Positions 1 to 10,441 are shown, counted from the stretch's first letter. The stretch: 64,000 bases of DNA from Candidatus Thorarchaeota archaeon (GCA_016840855.1 JAEORO010000069.1:32001-96000); one strand, 5' to 3'. Program-made: numbers and translations. Notes: a model not told the origin generated them from the letters alone.

Positions 1-1290
1 TGTGTTTCGCTCAGCGACGAAGCTTCGAAGACCGTCCCGTCCACCAATTCCATAAGGAACAACTGGACCATTGAGAGTTATTTCATCAATCTCATGTGCT
101 ATCTTCACTAGCTCTTTCCATTCTTCTGGCTCCTTGTAATTAGTCACCATGAAGGCTAACCAATCCCTTGGTAGAATCTGTCCCCCAAAACCCGCTTTCG
201 TGTATCCTCTTTTCTCTATGAGTTCCTCTTTCCAAATTCTATACAAGAAGGTTATATCATCAATTCGAAGAGATCCTGCTCCAAAGAAGTGCCAGACACC
301 TGTGTTGAAAAGGTCTGTTAGTCCCGTCAAAATTCTACCAAAATAATCATCAGCTGGAGCGCGATCGCCTATTTCTCCACCAAGCTCATTGATTTTCGCT
401 ATTATCATCTTCTTCCGATGGTCAACAATTTCCTGCTCGTAACCGAAAATATCCATCATTAAGAAGAGCACTTCAGGTGCTGTTGGAGCAACCCAGAGGT
501 ATATGCCTTGCATGTACTCATCACCTACATGCTGGTTGATGAAGTGACCAAACTCAATAACATCATCAAGTGTCTTCATTGTGGCGGTTAACCGCTCTGA
601 GATATCAGTGGTTGGTCGAACTCGCAAGGTTAATTCAGTACAGACTCCAAGAATTCCTTCTGCACCAATGAACATACCAGCGAGATCAGGACCGAGACAT
701 TGACGCTTGAATTTACCTGCACTTGGCCATGCTGCTGACCCAGTTTCTACTACATCTCCATTTGGCAAGACCATCTCCAAAGAGATGATATCTTGGTTGC
801 CATGGAAGCCAAACTTAGCTGTGGAATGAGGTCCACCTCCTGCCTTCATGACCGACCCACCAACAGTCATTGCAGGACCTCCAGCTTCACTACAAAGATA
901 TGTGAGTCCCTGCTTTCTCAACTCTCGGTCTAATTTCGCCCATGTGCAGTTGGGTTGCACTGTTGCTACAAGGTCTCTCGTATTGATTTCAATGACCTTA
1001 TTCAAGCGTCCCATATCAAGCATAATTCCAGGTTCTTGCGGGAGATAGGCATCCCAATGAGAAGTGCCTCCCCCACGTATGTATACCGGAATTTCATGAC
1101 TGTTTGCAATCTTTAGAATGGTTTGAATCTCTTCTCTAGATTCGGGTAGGACAACATGAGTTGGTATTTTCTGCGCTGCAGGGCTAAGGTCACGACTATA
1201 TGGAATCAGGTCGAACTTTTTATCGGTGACTCGATTCGGACCTACAACCTCTTGAAGAAGGCTTGTAACCTTCTTAATATCGACCATCAT
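1..1290 (-). CDS. FAD-binding oxidoreductase (GlcD/VAO-type), C-terminus runs off the window start
   Basis: Read by hand; not in the ORF track because its stop lies outside the window. Translation begins MMVDIKKVTSLLQEVVGPNRV and includes THVVLPESREEIQTILKIANSHEIPVYIRGGGTSH (FAD_binding_4 signature) and GPDLAGMFIGAEGILGVCTELTLR. Confidence 0.85.
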   Translation of the reverse strand, partial: MMVDIKKVTSLLQEVVGPNRVTDKKFDLIPYSRDLSPAAQKIPTHVVLPESREEIQTILKIANSHEIPVYIRGGGTSHWDAYLPQEPGIMLDMGRLNKVIEINTRDLVATVQPNCTWAKLDRELRKQGLTYLCSEAGGPAMTVGGSVMKAGGGPHSTAKFGFHGNQDIISLEMVLPNGDVVETGSAAWPSAGKFKRQCLGPDLAGMFIGAEGILGVCTELTLRVRPTTDISERLTATMKTLDDVIEFGHFINQHVGDEYMQGIYLWVAPTAPEVLFLMMDIFGYEQEIVDHRKKMIIAKINELGGEIGDRAPADDYFGRILTGLTDLFNTGVWHFFGAGSLRIDDITFLYRIWKEELIEKRGYTKAGFGGQILPRDWLAFMVTNYKEPEEWKELVKIAHEIDEITLNGPVVPYGIGGRDGLRSFVAERNT

Positions 1291-1408
1291 GAATCGCTCC
1301 AATGACACCAGAATAGTATAAGATGTCCAGAGTAGTGCCCACCGATTAATTAAAGACTACGGTCTGAACCCGATTTAAGAAGAGATTAGAAAAATTAGAG
1401 GAATAGGA

Positions 1409-2542
1409 ATGAACATGAAACCTAGGGAGAGATTTCATGCTGCTGTTAATCATGAAGAGCCTGATCGAGTACCGATGGACTATTGGACAACTCCACAAGC
1501 ATATGAGAACTTACGGGATTATTTAGCCATAACTGCTCCAGAAACACAAGAATGGGGAATAATGGCTACATGGAAAACATCGGAAGAGCTATTGAAACGT
1601 CTTAATGTTGATTTTAGACGAGTATACATGAAATCCTCAGCTAGTTTTGCACCTCAGCCACTTCCAGATGGGTCTATTGAAATTGAGTTCAAATGCGGTA
1701 TGAAAGTAATAGGAGGTTACAACGAAGTCACCTACTATCCTTGGGCTGATTTTACGGAAGTTGAACAAATCGAGGATTTTGATTGGATTGATCCAGATGA
1801 TCCATCAAGATTGGATGGAGTTAGGGATTGGGCTGAATATCTACATGAGAGAACAGATTATGCAGTTGTAGGAATGGTTGGAGGGCCTTGGGGTGTTTTC
1901 GAGATTGTGGCTCATTATATGCGAGGGTTTGACAAGTTCCTAATCGACCTGCTAAGAAGACCAAACCTAGCGGATGCAATGATGGAGAAGAGCATGAAAC
2001 TTGCCTTAGAGATGAATCGAGTCTTCTTGGATGAAGTTGGAGAGTATTTAGACATCGTGCAAGTTGGGGATGATCTTGGACATCAAGATGGTCTTCTCAT
2101 AAGTCCAAGAGTATACAGAAAAATGGTAAAACACAGACACAAGAGAATCTATAGTGATATTCATAAAAGAGCGCCTCACGTGAAAATTCTGTATCACTCG
2201 TGTGGTGCAATCGAGCCTATGATAGAAGACCTTCTTGAAGTTGATGTTGACATCTTGAATCCGATTCAGCCACTTGCAAAGGGAATGGATTCTGTTGAAC
2301 TCAAGAAGAAATATGGGGATAGGCTAACATTTCATGGAGGGATAGATCTACAACACGCTATGTCAGCTCAAGGTACAGTCAACGATGTGCGAGCAGAGGT
2401 TGATAGACGAATAAAAGCGTTAGCACCTGGAGGCGGCTACATACTCGCGCCTGCACATAACATACAACCAGAATCGACTCCAGAAAAAATCCTTGAGCTC
2501 TATGACTACGCATCTAAGAAAGGTGTGTATCATTTACGTTGA
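1409..2542 (+). CDS. Uroporphyrinogen decarboxylase-family protein (UroD/MtaA-CmuA-like)
   Basis: N-terminal PRERF..A.NHEEPDRVP, GDDLG.Q, YHSCG and GGGYILAPAHNIQ motifs. Confidence 0.85.
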   Translation: MNMKPRERFHAAVNHEEPDRVPMDYWTTPQAYENLRDYLAITAPETQEWGIMATWKTSEELLKRLNVDFRRVYMKSSASFAPQPLPDGSIEIEFKCGMKVIGGYNEVTYYPWADFTEVEQIEDFDWIDPDDPSRLDGVRDWAEYLHERTDYAVVGMVGGPWGVFEIVAHYMRGFDKFLIDLLRRPNLADAMMEKSMKLALEMNRVFLDEVGEYLDIVQVGDDLGHQDGLLISPRVYRKMVKHRHKRIYSDIHKRAPHVKILYHSCGAIEPMIEDLLEVDVDILNPIQPLAKGMDSVELKKKYGDRLTFHGGIDLQHAMSAQGTVNDVRAEVDRRIKALAPGGGYILAPAHNIQPESTPEKILELYDYASKKGVYHLR

Positions 2543-2548
2543 GTAGAG

Positions 2549-3217
2549 CTAAGGGATTGGTCGCTCTTTGTGAAGGTCATGAGGGTCTTTTCCTTCATCT
2601 AATTTTTCAGACCACCACTTATCAGTCCCCACAACTGCTTCTGCGTGTCTTAAAACATCCTCAATTCGACTAGCTGGAATCACAATAATTCCATCACCAT
2701 CTCCAAATACTAAATCTCCTGGATTCACAGTGACTCCACCGCAGACTATAGGACTTTGGACCGACTCCATATCTAAACGGCCTCTCATTGTACCGGGATG
2801 ACGACCGCGGGCAAAAACTGGGAAATTTAATTTATCAATATCATAGATATCTCGGGAGGTGCCATCAACAACTGCTCCGCGAACACCTCGCTTTAAACCA
2901 ATCTTCGTTAATATCTGCCCCCATGCTGAGCAATCATTTGCGCCAGCCATGTCAATAACAAGAATGTCACCATCTGAGGCTTCGGTCCCCAGACTCATGA
3001 ATACATCAAGTTGATTCTCGTCATATGGTCGATTCGCAGGAGCGCGTTTTAGTTTCCCAGTTCGTGCGAATCCAGCCATTCGGTTATTTTTTGTTAGAGG
3101 TGTAATTCCTCTGTCCATGCATACCTGTCCAAGTCCAACCTCATCTGCAGCATCTGAAAGAGCTGCAACATAGAGTTTCATTGTACGTTTGATAATTAAA
3201 ATTCTATCAGTCGTCAT
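2549..3217 (-). CDS. RraA family protein / HMG-CHA aldolase-like
   Basis: SAWGQIL, GAVVDGTSRD and V.PGDLVFGDGDGIIVIP motifs; start placed at MTTDR. Confidence 0.85.
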   Translation of the reverse strand: MTTDRILIIKRTMKLYVAALSDAADEVGLGQVCMDRGITPLTKNNRMAGFARTGKLKRAPANRPYDENQLDVFMSLGTEASDGDILVIDMAGANDCSAWGQILTKIGLKRGVRGAVVDGTSRDIYDIDKLNFPVFARGRHPGTMRGRLDMESVQSPIVCGGVTVNPGDLVFGDGDGIIVIPASRIEDVLRHAEAVVGTDKWWSEKLDEGKDPHDLHKERPIP

Positions 3218-3222
3218 AGAAG

Positions 3223-3696
3223 TCACTTCCTTTCCCAACGATAAATGCAGAAATCATCGCCACGCATCATGCACTTGGGCAATGACATCGACACATTAGG
3301 ATCAATAGCTTGACCAATTCCCTCGTCTATTTTAGTTACATGCTCGCATATATCCAGACTAGCTCCTCGCGCCTTGAAGGATTCTATCCATGGACAATAC
3401 GTGACCTTCAAATCAAAACGTTTGGCAGTCTGATTTTCTACAGAGAGTTCAAATCCAAAGTAAGGATAGCTTCCATGAAAGAACTCGAAAATGGATTGTA
3501 GGTCACCTTTTCTCAGAGTGCCATTCTTGATTCCAGCATTACCAAGCTCCAAACCATGAAGACGATTGACCTCCCCAATCTCTTTCAATCCTTCATCACC
3601 CATCAGTCGGCGGATCGTTTCAACATAGATTACATGTGTATCTGCAAGAGTGTTCATGTTGGTTTTTCGAACTTCCTCGGCACTTGGATTGGACAT
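3223..3696 (-). CDS. ATC hydrolase-like / V4R-fold protein
   Basis: V..CPW...C...D.G...DP......CMMRGDDFC pattern. Confidence 0.6.
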   Translation of the reverse strand: MSNPSAEEVRKTNMNTLADTHVIYVETIRRLMGDEGLKEIGEVNRLHGLELGNAGIKNGTLRKGDLQSIFEFFHGSYPYFGFELSVENQTAKRFDLKVTYCPWIESFKARGASLDICEHVTKIDEGIGQAIDPNVSMSLPKCMMRGDDFCIYRWERK

Positions 3697-3842
3697 AGTT
3701 AAGCACAAACCTTACTGAGTTGGATGATTAATTACCAGATGTAACTTAAAACTTCTCTGAAGTACATGATGATTTTTCTTAAAGTATGATGGTCCATTAG
3801 ATAGGTTATATAAACTAGGAATATTCTCGCAGCATCAGAAGG

Positions 3843-5012
3843 GTGACACCTATGCTTGCTGAGAGAAATATAGATGTTCCAGCTAGTGAAATCCGTAAAA
3901 TCTTCAACATGATTATTGGAAGAACTGATGTCTTTGACATGACTGTTGGCATACCTGATTTCGACACACCTGAACACATCAAGGAAGCTGCAAAGAAAGC
4001 TATAGACGATGGATTTACTAGGTACACTCACAATGCAGGTTATATAGAGGTTAGAGAAGCACTTGCGCAGAAACTCAAGCGAGACAATAATATCGAAGCA
4101 GATCCAGTTAGTGAAATGGTACTAACCGCTGGAGGTATGGGGGCACTCGTTCTAGCTAATTTGGTGATGATAAATCCTGGTGATGAGGTGATTTATCCTG
4201 ATCCTGGTTTTGTAAGTCATTACGCTCACATAAAGCTAGCAGGAGGTATACCAATCCCCATACAATTGAAGAAGGAAAATAGGTTTGGTCTTTTGTCGGA
4301 GGATGTAGAACACAAAATTACTCCTAAGACGAAAATGATTGTTCTTAACTCACCCAACAATCCAACTGGTGGAGTCACTCCCAATAGTGAATTGAAAAGA
4401 ATTGCTGAACTATGTATTGAGAATGACATCTATGTCATAGCTGACGAAGCATACGAGAAGTTTAGATATGTAGATGAAGAACCACTGTTCATCGGTTCTC
4501 TGCCAGAAATGAAAGAGAGGACAGTTTCGATATTTTCGCTTTCTAAAACATATGCAATGACAGGCTGGCGAATAGCTGTGGCTACAGGATCCAGTGAGAT
4601 TATCGGTGCTATGACCAAACTACAAGAACATGTAATCGCAATGCCGACTTCAATTGCACAAAAAGCTGCAGCAGCAGCGGCTGTTGGCCCTCAAGACTGC
4701 GTGGCTGATATGCTCAAAACATTTCGAAAACGACGAGACCTTATTACTAAGGGATTAAACGATATTGAGGGAGTTGAAATAGCTCCTCCTGGAGGCGCAT
4801 TCTACGCATTCCCAGATGTTTCTGCGTATGGCGTGAAATCATATGATCTTGTTCACAAAATTCTGAATGAAACCAATGTTGTTACAATCCATGGAACAGC
4901 TTTTGGAAAATACGGTGAGGGATTTCTCAGACTTTGCTATGCAGTTTCAACAGAGAGAATTAATGAGGCTCTCAGTAGATTGGATAGCTATTTACCAAAA
5001 TTGCTGCATTAG
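3843..5012 (+). CDS. PLP-dependent class I aminotransferase (aspartate aminotransferase family)
   Basis: G.PDFDTP, NSPNNPTG, DEAY and SLSKTYAMTGWRI (PLP lysine) motifs. Confidence 0.93.
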   Translation: MTPMLAERNIDVPASEIRKIFNMIIGRTDVFDMTVGIPDFDTPEHIKEAAKKAIDDGFTRYTHNAGYIEVREALAQKLKRDNNIEADPVSEMVLTAGGMGALVLANLVMINPGDEVIYPDPGFVSHYAHIKLAGGIPIPIQLKKENRFGLLSEDVEHKITPKTKMIVLNSPNNPTGGVTPNSELKRIAELCIENDIYVIADEAYEKFRYVDEEPLFIGSLPEMKERTVSIFSLSKTYAMTGWRIAVATGSSEIIGAMTKLQEHVIAMPTSIAQKAAAAAAVGPQDCVADMLKTFRKRRDLITKGLNDIEGVEIAPPGGAFYAFPDVSAYGVKSYDLVHKILNETNVVTIHGTAFGKYGEGFLRLCYAVSTERINEALSRLDSYLPKLLH

Positions 5013-5061
5013 ATATACCAGATGCGAAAAGTAATGAACAGAAAAATCGGTAGTTTGAGAG

Positions 5062-7374
5062 ATGACGTTCCGTAGTAAGCAACTCAAGCAAAGAATGCTT
5101 GAAGCGGTTCCAACGATATCATCTGAGAGAGCTGTCCTTTTCACAAATTACGTGAAAGAAAATTGGTCCAAACCAGTGATATTACGGAATGCAGGCGCTT
5201 TTGCTCATGTTCTGGATAATATGACTATTAGAATAGAGCCGGATGAACTAATCGTTGGTAATATGGGACCGACACCACGTTCGTGTCAGGTGTTTCCAGA
5301 GTATAGCTGGAAGTGGATTGAAGAAGAACTAGATCGGTTTGATAAACGTAGGACTGAACGCTTCTCAATAAGCGAGAAGGATAAGCAGAATCTCCGGGAA
5401 GTTTTCAAATTCTGGAAAGGTAAGAGTACCGCAGAAATTTCTGGAGAACTAATACCTAATGAATCTAAAGAAGCATCTAGCGTCGGATTATTTACGATTG
5501 GGGCGCCTGGGACGGGAATTGGTCATGTAATTGCAAATTATGAGAACGTTCTGAGGAAGGGATTCCTGAGAATCCTAGATGAGATAGAAGACAAAGAAGG
5601 TGATTACTTCGATGCAGTCCGTACTGAGATAATTGCAGTTCTCAGGTTTGCAGAACGATTCTCTCACCTTGCCTGCGAAATGGCGGAGATTGAAACAGAT
5701 GAACTGAGAAGGCATGAGTTAAGAGAGATATCAAGAATCTGTAATAAGGTCCCAGCTAAACCTGCAGGAACGTTTCATGAAGCTATCCAATCTTTCTGGT
5801 TTATCCATTTATTGATGCAGACTGAATCAAATGGTCATTCAATGTCTACAGGTAGATTTGATCAGTACATGTTTCCATACTATAGAACAGACATTAAGAA
5901 TGAACGGATAGATCGAGAAAGAGCAATTGAATTGCTTGAGCTACTCTGGATTAAGCTGACTTCTCTCATCAAGATTAGAAATGAATACTACAGTATTGCA
6001 TTTGCAGGACATCCAATGTTTCAGAACCTCACGATTGGTGGTCAAAACGCAGATGGCTCTGATGCTACAAATGATCTCACGAAACTAATCCTTGAAGCCA
6101 CTGCAGACATCAGAGTCACTCAACCAAGTGTGTCATTCCGTTGGCATAAGAACACACCTGAGGACATCAAGCTGAAAGTTGTTGATGTAATCTCGAAAGG
6201 TCTGGGAATGCCAGGACTCTTCAATGATGATGCAATCATACCAATGATGATAGAAAAAGGCACGAAACCTCCAGAGGCTCATGAATATTCTGTTCTTGGT
6301 TGTGTTGAGCCAATTATCGGTGGAAAATCTGATCCTAGACAGAACATAGGGTATGTCAACTTACCGAAGATTCTTGAGATTGCCTTGAACAACGGAAGAG
6401 ATCCTAAGTCAGGTAAAGTAATTGGGAGGGAAACAGGTGACCCTCGGGATTTCAAATCGTTCAGTGAACTTTGGCTGGCGTATGAAGAACAGATTGACTA
6501 CACGATAGAATTACTGACACGCGCAGACAGAGTTGCAGCTGCTGTACATGCCCAAAATACACCAACGCCATTCATCTCAGCCTTACTTGAGGGATGCAAT
6601 GAATCTGGCAAAACAATGCAAGAAGGTGGAGCAGTCTATAATTCAGGAGGGATTATGGGAGTTGGAATTGCGATTGCTGCTGACTCACTAGAAGTCCTCC
6701 AGAAATTCGTTTTCGAAAAGAAAGAGATATCGATGAATGAGCTACTTGAGATACTTTCTAGCAATTATGAAGGTCATGAAGAGCTCAGAATAAGATTAGA
6801 GAATGACCCTTCAAAATATGGGAATGATATTGAAAGAGTGGATTTCCTTGCTAGAGATATTGGACGAGCTTTTTGTAATTCAATACAGAGCAGAATGACA
6901 ACAAGGAATGGACCATATCATGGTGCTCTTTTCTCAGTATCGATGTACATTCCGCAAGGAGAGGTTTTAGGTGCCACTCCAGACGGCAGGAAAGCTGGCC
7001 ATATGATCTCAGATGGAGTTTCTCCAACACAGAATAGAGATGTGAATGGACCTACTGCTGCGATGAAATCCGTTTCAAGGCTTGACCATGGATTGTGCTA
7101 TAATGGTACACTCTACAACATGAAATTCACACCAGACTTCTTTGACACTGAATCAAGAAGAAAGAAATTCATCAATATGGTTGACACGTATTTTAGGATG
7201 GGAGGATTCCATGTCCAATTCAATGTAGTTTCTCGAGAAACATTAGAAGATGCAAAAGTCAACCCTCTACAGCATAGAGATCTTATTGTTCGAGTAGCAG
7301 GATATAGCGCGTACTTTATTGAGCTAGATCCGTTTGTTCAAGACGAAGTCATTGCACGAACTGAGTTCTCATAA
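5062..7374 (+). CDS. Glycyl radical enzyme (PFL2 / diol-dehydratase-like eliminase clade)
   Basis: GCVEP Cys loop, C-terminal RVAGYS Gly loop, SNGHS..GRFDQY, ATPDGR and SDGVSP motifs. Confidence 0.93.
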   Translation: MTFRSKQLKQRMLEAVPTISSERAVLFTNYVKENWSKPVILRNAGAFAHVLDNMTIRIEPDELIVGNMGPTPRSCQVFPEYSWKWIEEELDRFDKRRTERFSISEKDKQNLREVFKFWKGKSTAEISGELIPNESKEASSVGLFTIGAPGTGIGHVIANYENVLRKGFLRILDEIEDKEGDYFDAVRTEIIAVLRFAERFSHLACEMAEIETDELRRHELREISRICNKVPAKPAGTFHEAIQSFWFIHLLMQTESNGHSMSTGRFDQYMFPYYRTDIKNERIDRERAIELLELLWIKLTSLIKIRNEYYSIAFAGHPMFQNLTIGGQNADGSDATNDLTKLILEATADIRVTQPSVSFRWHKNTPEDIKLKVVDVISKGLGMPGLFNDDAIIPMMIEKGTKPPEAHEYSVLGCVEPIIGGKSDPRQNIGYVNLPKILEIALNNGRDPKSGKVIGRETGDPRDFKSFSELWLAYEEQIDYTIELLTRADRVAAAVHAQNTPTPFISALLEGCNESGKTMQEGGAVYNSGGIMGVGIAIAADSLEVLQKFVFEKKEISMNELLEILSSNYEGHEELRIRLENDPSKYGNDIERVDFLARDIGRAFCNSIQSRMTTRNGPYHGALFSVSMYIPQGEVLGATPDGRKAGHMISDGVSPTQNRDVNGPTAAMKSVSRLDHGLCYNGTLYNMKFTPDFFDTESRRKKFINMVDTYFRMGGFHVQFNVVSRETLEDAKVNPLQHRDLIVRVAGYSAYFIELDPFVQDEVIARTEFS

Positions 7375-7449
7375 GGAGATACATTACGACAGATTTAACA
7401 TTTCCATGATTGAGTATGTTATTGTTAAACCTCTAGTGTGGTGTGAATA

Positions 7450-8445
7450 ATGGGTTATGATGTAGTTACTTTTGGAGAAGTGATGCTTCGACTCTCTCCT
7501 CCTGACTTCAAAAGGTTCGAACAAACAGAGAGCTTCAACGCTAATGCAGGTGGCGCAGAAATGAATGTCTCTGTAGCTTGCGCGCGATTAGGATTAAATT
7601 CTGCATATGTCACAAAGCTCGGTGACAACTCTATTGGACATTTCATTAGGAATAAAGCTCGAGAACATGGAGTTGACACATCACACATCCTCTGGGATGC
7701 TAGTAATAGGTGTGGGATCTATTTCGTTGAGTTTGGAGCAGCTCCTCGCACAAATCGCGTGATCTATGACCGAAAGGAATCTGCAATTAGTAAGATAAAA
7801 CCTGGCGAGGTAGATTGGAAAAAGATATTGAAAGGAACTAAGCTATTTCATACAAGTGGGATTACGCCTGCGCTTAGCGCGAATTGTGCAGAAGTGACGA
7901 ATGAAGCACTCAAGACATGCAAAGAATTGGGTGTGAAGGTGTCCTATGACGTAAATTACAGAGGAAAACTATGGACATCAAAAGATGCGCAGAAGTTCAC
8001 AGAACCTGCTTCTGAGTTCATTGATATATTAATCACAACTGAAGAAGACACCAAGGTTGTCTATGGGATTGAGGGCAAGGACTATGAAGATGTTGCAGCG
8101 AAACTAATTGATAAGTTCGGATTCGAGGTAGTTGTCATTACTCTAAGAGAAACCCCATCGGTCTGGTTCAACAAATGGTCTGTTTTTGCTTATTCTAATG
8201 GCAAGGTTTACAGAAGTCCAGTCTATGATGTGGAGATTGTAGATAGATTAGGTGGAGGCGACTCTTGCAGTGCTGGATTTATTTATGGATACATTGAGTT
8301 GAAGGACTTACAGAAAGCGGTTGATTTTGGCTCGGCTTTCTCTGCATTGAAACACTCCGTTCCTGGAGATCTAGCATTTGTATACAAGTCAGAGGTTGAA
8401 GAGCTCATCAAAGGGCGTCAGCGAGGATTACGCATTGAGAGGTGA
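7450..8445 (+). CDS. kdgK: 2-keto-3-deoxygluconate kinase (PfkB family)
   Basis: FGEVMLRLSPP, GGAE.NV, YDR..SA, SGITPALS, DVNYR..LW and DRLGGGD motifs; stop overlaps the eda start. Confidence 0.85.
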   Translation: MGYDVVTFGEVMLRLSPPDFKRFEQTESFNANAGGAEMNVSVACARLGLNSAYVTKLGDNSIGHFIRNKAREHGVDTSHILWDASNRCGIYFVEFGAAPRTNRVIYDRKESAISKIKPGEVDWKKILKGTKLFHTSGITPALSANCAEVTNEALKTCKELGVKVSYDVNYRGKLWTSKDAQKFTEPASEFIDILITTEEDTKVVYGIEGKDYEDVAAKLIDKFGFEVVVITLRETPSVWFNKWSVFAYSNGKVYRSPVYDVEIVDRLGGGDSCSAGFIYGYIELKDLQKAVDFGSAFSALKHSVPGDLAFVYKSEVEELIKGRQRGLRIER

Positions 8446-9101
8446 AAAGTGTGTGGAACAAGGAAAATACAATGAAACTGATTCATGATACAGCACTTAT
8501 TCCAATAATCCGTGTTGAGTCGGCAGATATTGCATTCAAAGTGGCGGATGCATTTCTGCAAGGCGGAGTCAATATTATAGAAGTGACCATGAGTGTTCCG
8601 GGTGCAATAGATGTCATGAAACAGCTTTTGGAGAATTATGGGAAAAAAGTCCTAATTGGTACAGGAACAGTGGTGGACAGCAAAATGGCGAAAGAAGCCA
8701 TCAAAGCTGGTAGTAAATTCATAGTCAGTCCGAATTCTTCTAAGAGTCTGATTGAAACCGCTAACAAACACTCGACACCCATAATTCCTGGAGCTCTTAC
8801 ACCAACTGAGATATTCAATGCGTATTCAATGGGTGCAGATGCTGTGAAAGTCTTTCCATGTGGAAATGTAGGAGGTGCAGAGTATCTAAAGGCCATAAGA
8901 GCACCATTACCGCATATTCCTCTTGTTCCAACTGGAGGAGTCGATTTAGATTCTGCAGGACCAATGCTTGAAGCAGGTGCTTTTGCGTTAGGAGTAGGTG
9001 GAGCCATAACAGACAAGAAAGCAATCAAGGAAGGTAAGTATGAGGTCATCACTGAAAATGTGAAAAAATTCCTTGAGATTGTGAAGGAATATCGAAGTTA
9101 G
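8442..9101 (+). CDS. eda: KDPG/KHG aldolase
   Basis: IIR, IEVT, IGTGTV, FIVSP, TPTEI, VKVFP (Schiff-base Lys) and VPTGGV motifs. Confidence 0.9.
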   Translation: MKSVWNKENTMKLIHDTALIPIIRVESADIAFKVADAFLQGGVNIIEVTMSVPGAIDVMKQLLENYGKKVLIGTGTVVDSKMAKEAIKAGSKFIVSPNSSKSLIETANKHSTPIIPGALTPTEIFNAYSMGADAVKVFPCGNVGGAEYLKAIRAPLPHIPLVPTGGVDLDSAGPMLEAGAFALGVGGAITDKKAIKEGKYEVITENVKKFLEIVKEYRS

Positions 9102-9943
9102 CTATTGGTTCGTAGGATGGCAATCATGTGAGTGCCACCATCTATTGCACCAGGCTCCTTGCAGAACTCAAGTTCCCATTTCAGGAACATGTTCCACTTC
9201 TCTTCATCACCCATTAACTCTGTAAGGTATTCCTCATTAAACAAACCTGTTGATAGAAAATTTGCTGCCGATATGTCTAGAATTTCAACAGGATATCTAG
9301 AAAGAAGTTCTCGATATTCACTCCAGCGAAACATATGGCATTGATGAGTTCCTTTGTCTGCCATCTTTCCTAGGACATCTCCTGTATCCACGATGGCATC
9401 GAAATTCTCCAAGCCCATATGATCCCATTCATCAAAGACATTCCTGATGAGATGATGAAATGTACCAAGACATGACATCACACTGGTGAGGATGATTCCA
9501 CCAGGTTTTGTTACTCTGATCACCTCGTCCAAAGCCTGGTTAACGAATTCAAGAACATAGCTTAGAGGACCGCCAAATACCACTGTTGAGTCAAATTCAT
9601 TGTCAGGGATTCCATCTAGATTGAGAATATCTAATTTCCGTCTCCACTCAATGCAATCTTCATATCCAGCTTCTCTGACTTTGTCTTCATTCATCTTCAG
9701 CTGCGCGTTGGCAATATCAACTATCCCAATTCTAGCTCCTATCTTTGCCAGTTCAATCGTAAACCTACCTGGACCAGGCCCTATCTCAAGAACTCGATCA
9801 CCTTTCTTGATGTACTTCCGAAGATAGTATTGGTGAATATGAAACTGAACCTTACCTCTAGGAGTTCGGTCGAGTCGTTCCCATTCTAGATGAGCGTCTT
9901 TGTCAAAATGACCTTCAATTATCTTCGAGTCGTACTTTTTCAT
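9098..9943 (-). CDS. Class I SAM-dependent methyltransferase
   Basis: VLEIGPGPGRF motif I, GGPLSY, RVTKPGG. Confidence 0.85.
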   Translation of the reverse strand: MKKYDSKIIEGHFDKDAHLEWERLDRTPRGKVQFHIHQYYLRKYIKKGDRVLEIGPGPGRFTIELAKIGARIGIVDIANAQLKMNEDKVREAGYEDCIEWRRKLDILNLDGIPDNEFDSTVVFGGPLSYVLEFVNQALDEVIRVTKPGGIILTSVMSCLGTFHHLIRNVFDEWDHMGLENFDAIVDTGDVLGKMADKGTHQCHMFRWSEYRELLSRYPVEILDISAANFLSTGLFNEEYLTELMGDEEKWNMFLKWELEFCKEPGAIDGGTHMIAILRTNS

Positions 9944-10086
9944 TACTCTTCACTCCTCTCCAACACATAAAGAAAGCGAAATGGTGTACTAAAAGCATAT
10001 GGTCAACCCTGATTGTTTAGAAAAAACCGGGAAAGGAAACAACTAAATCATCCTTTAGCTGCACGATGCCCTCGGAGTATTGAGAG

Positions 10087-10413
10087 ATGACTCAAGACTT
10101 ACTTGAACTCATGCAGGAAAGAATTACTATTGGACTTGAACGAGAGAAGACATTAGAAGCCATCGAAGGATGGGAGCGAACAGCACAACTGAGCTTGAAA
10201 GAAGGGCCAGAATATCACTTCATTGTAAAAGATAACAACATCACAGTTCATGAAGGTCCTATAGACAATCCTGACATGAGAATACAAAGCGATGAGGATA
10301 CAATTCGAAAACTATTCCTTGAGGAAATGAGCGCAGCATCAGCACTACTGAAAAGGAAGCTGAAAGTGAAAGGTTCGGCTTCAGACCTTATGAAAATAAG
10401 ACATATCTTCTAG
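10087..10413 (+). CDS. SCP2 sterol/lipid-binding domain protein
   Basis: 108 aa; G....PD..I...........A....KLKVKG pattern typical of SCP2. Confidence 0.8.
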   Translation: MTQDLLELMQERITIGLEREKTLEAIEGWERTAQLSLKEGPEYHFIVKDNNITVHEGPIDNPDMRIQSDEDTIRKLFLEEMSAASALLKRKLKVKGSASDLMKIRHIF

Positions 10414-10441
10414 CAGTAGGTCATCTTCTGGAGGACATAGT

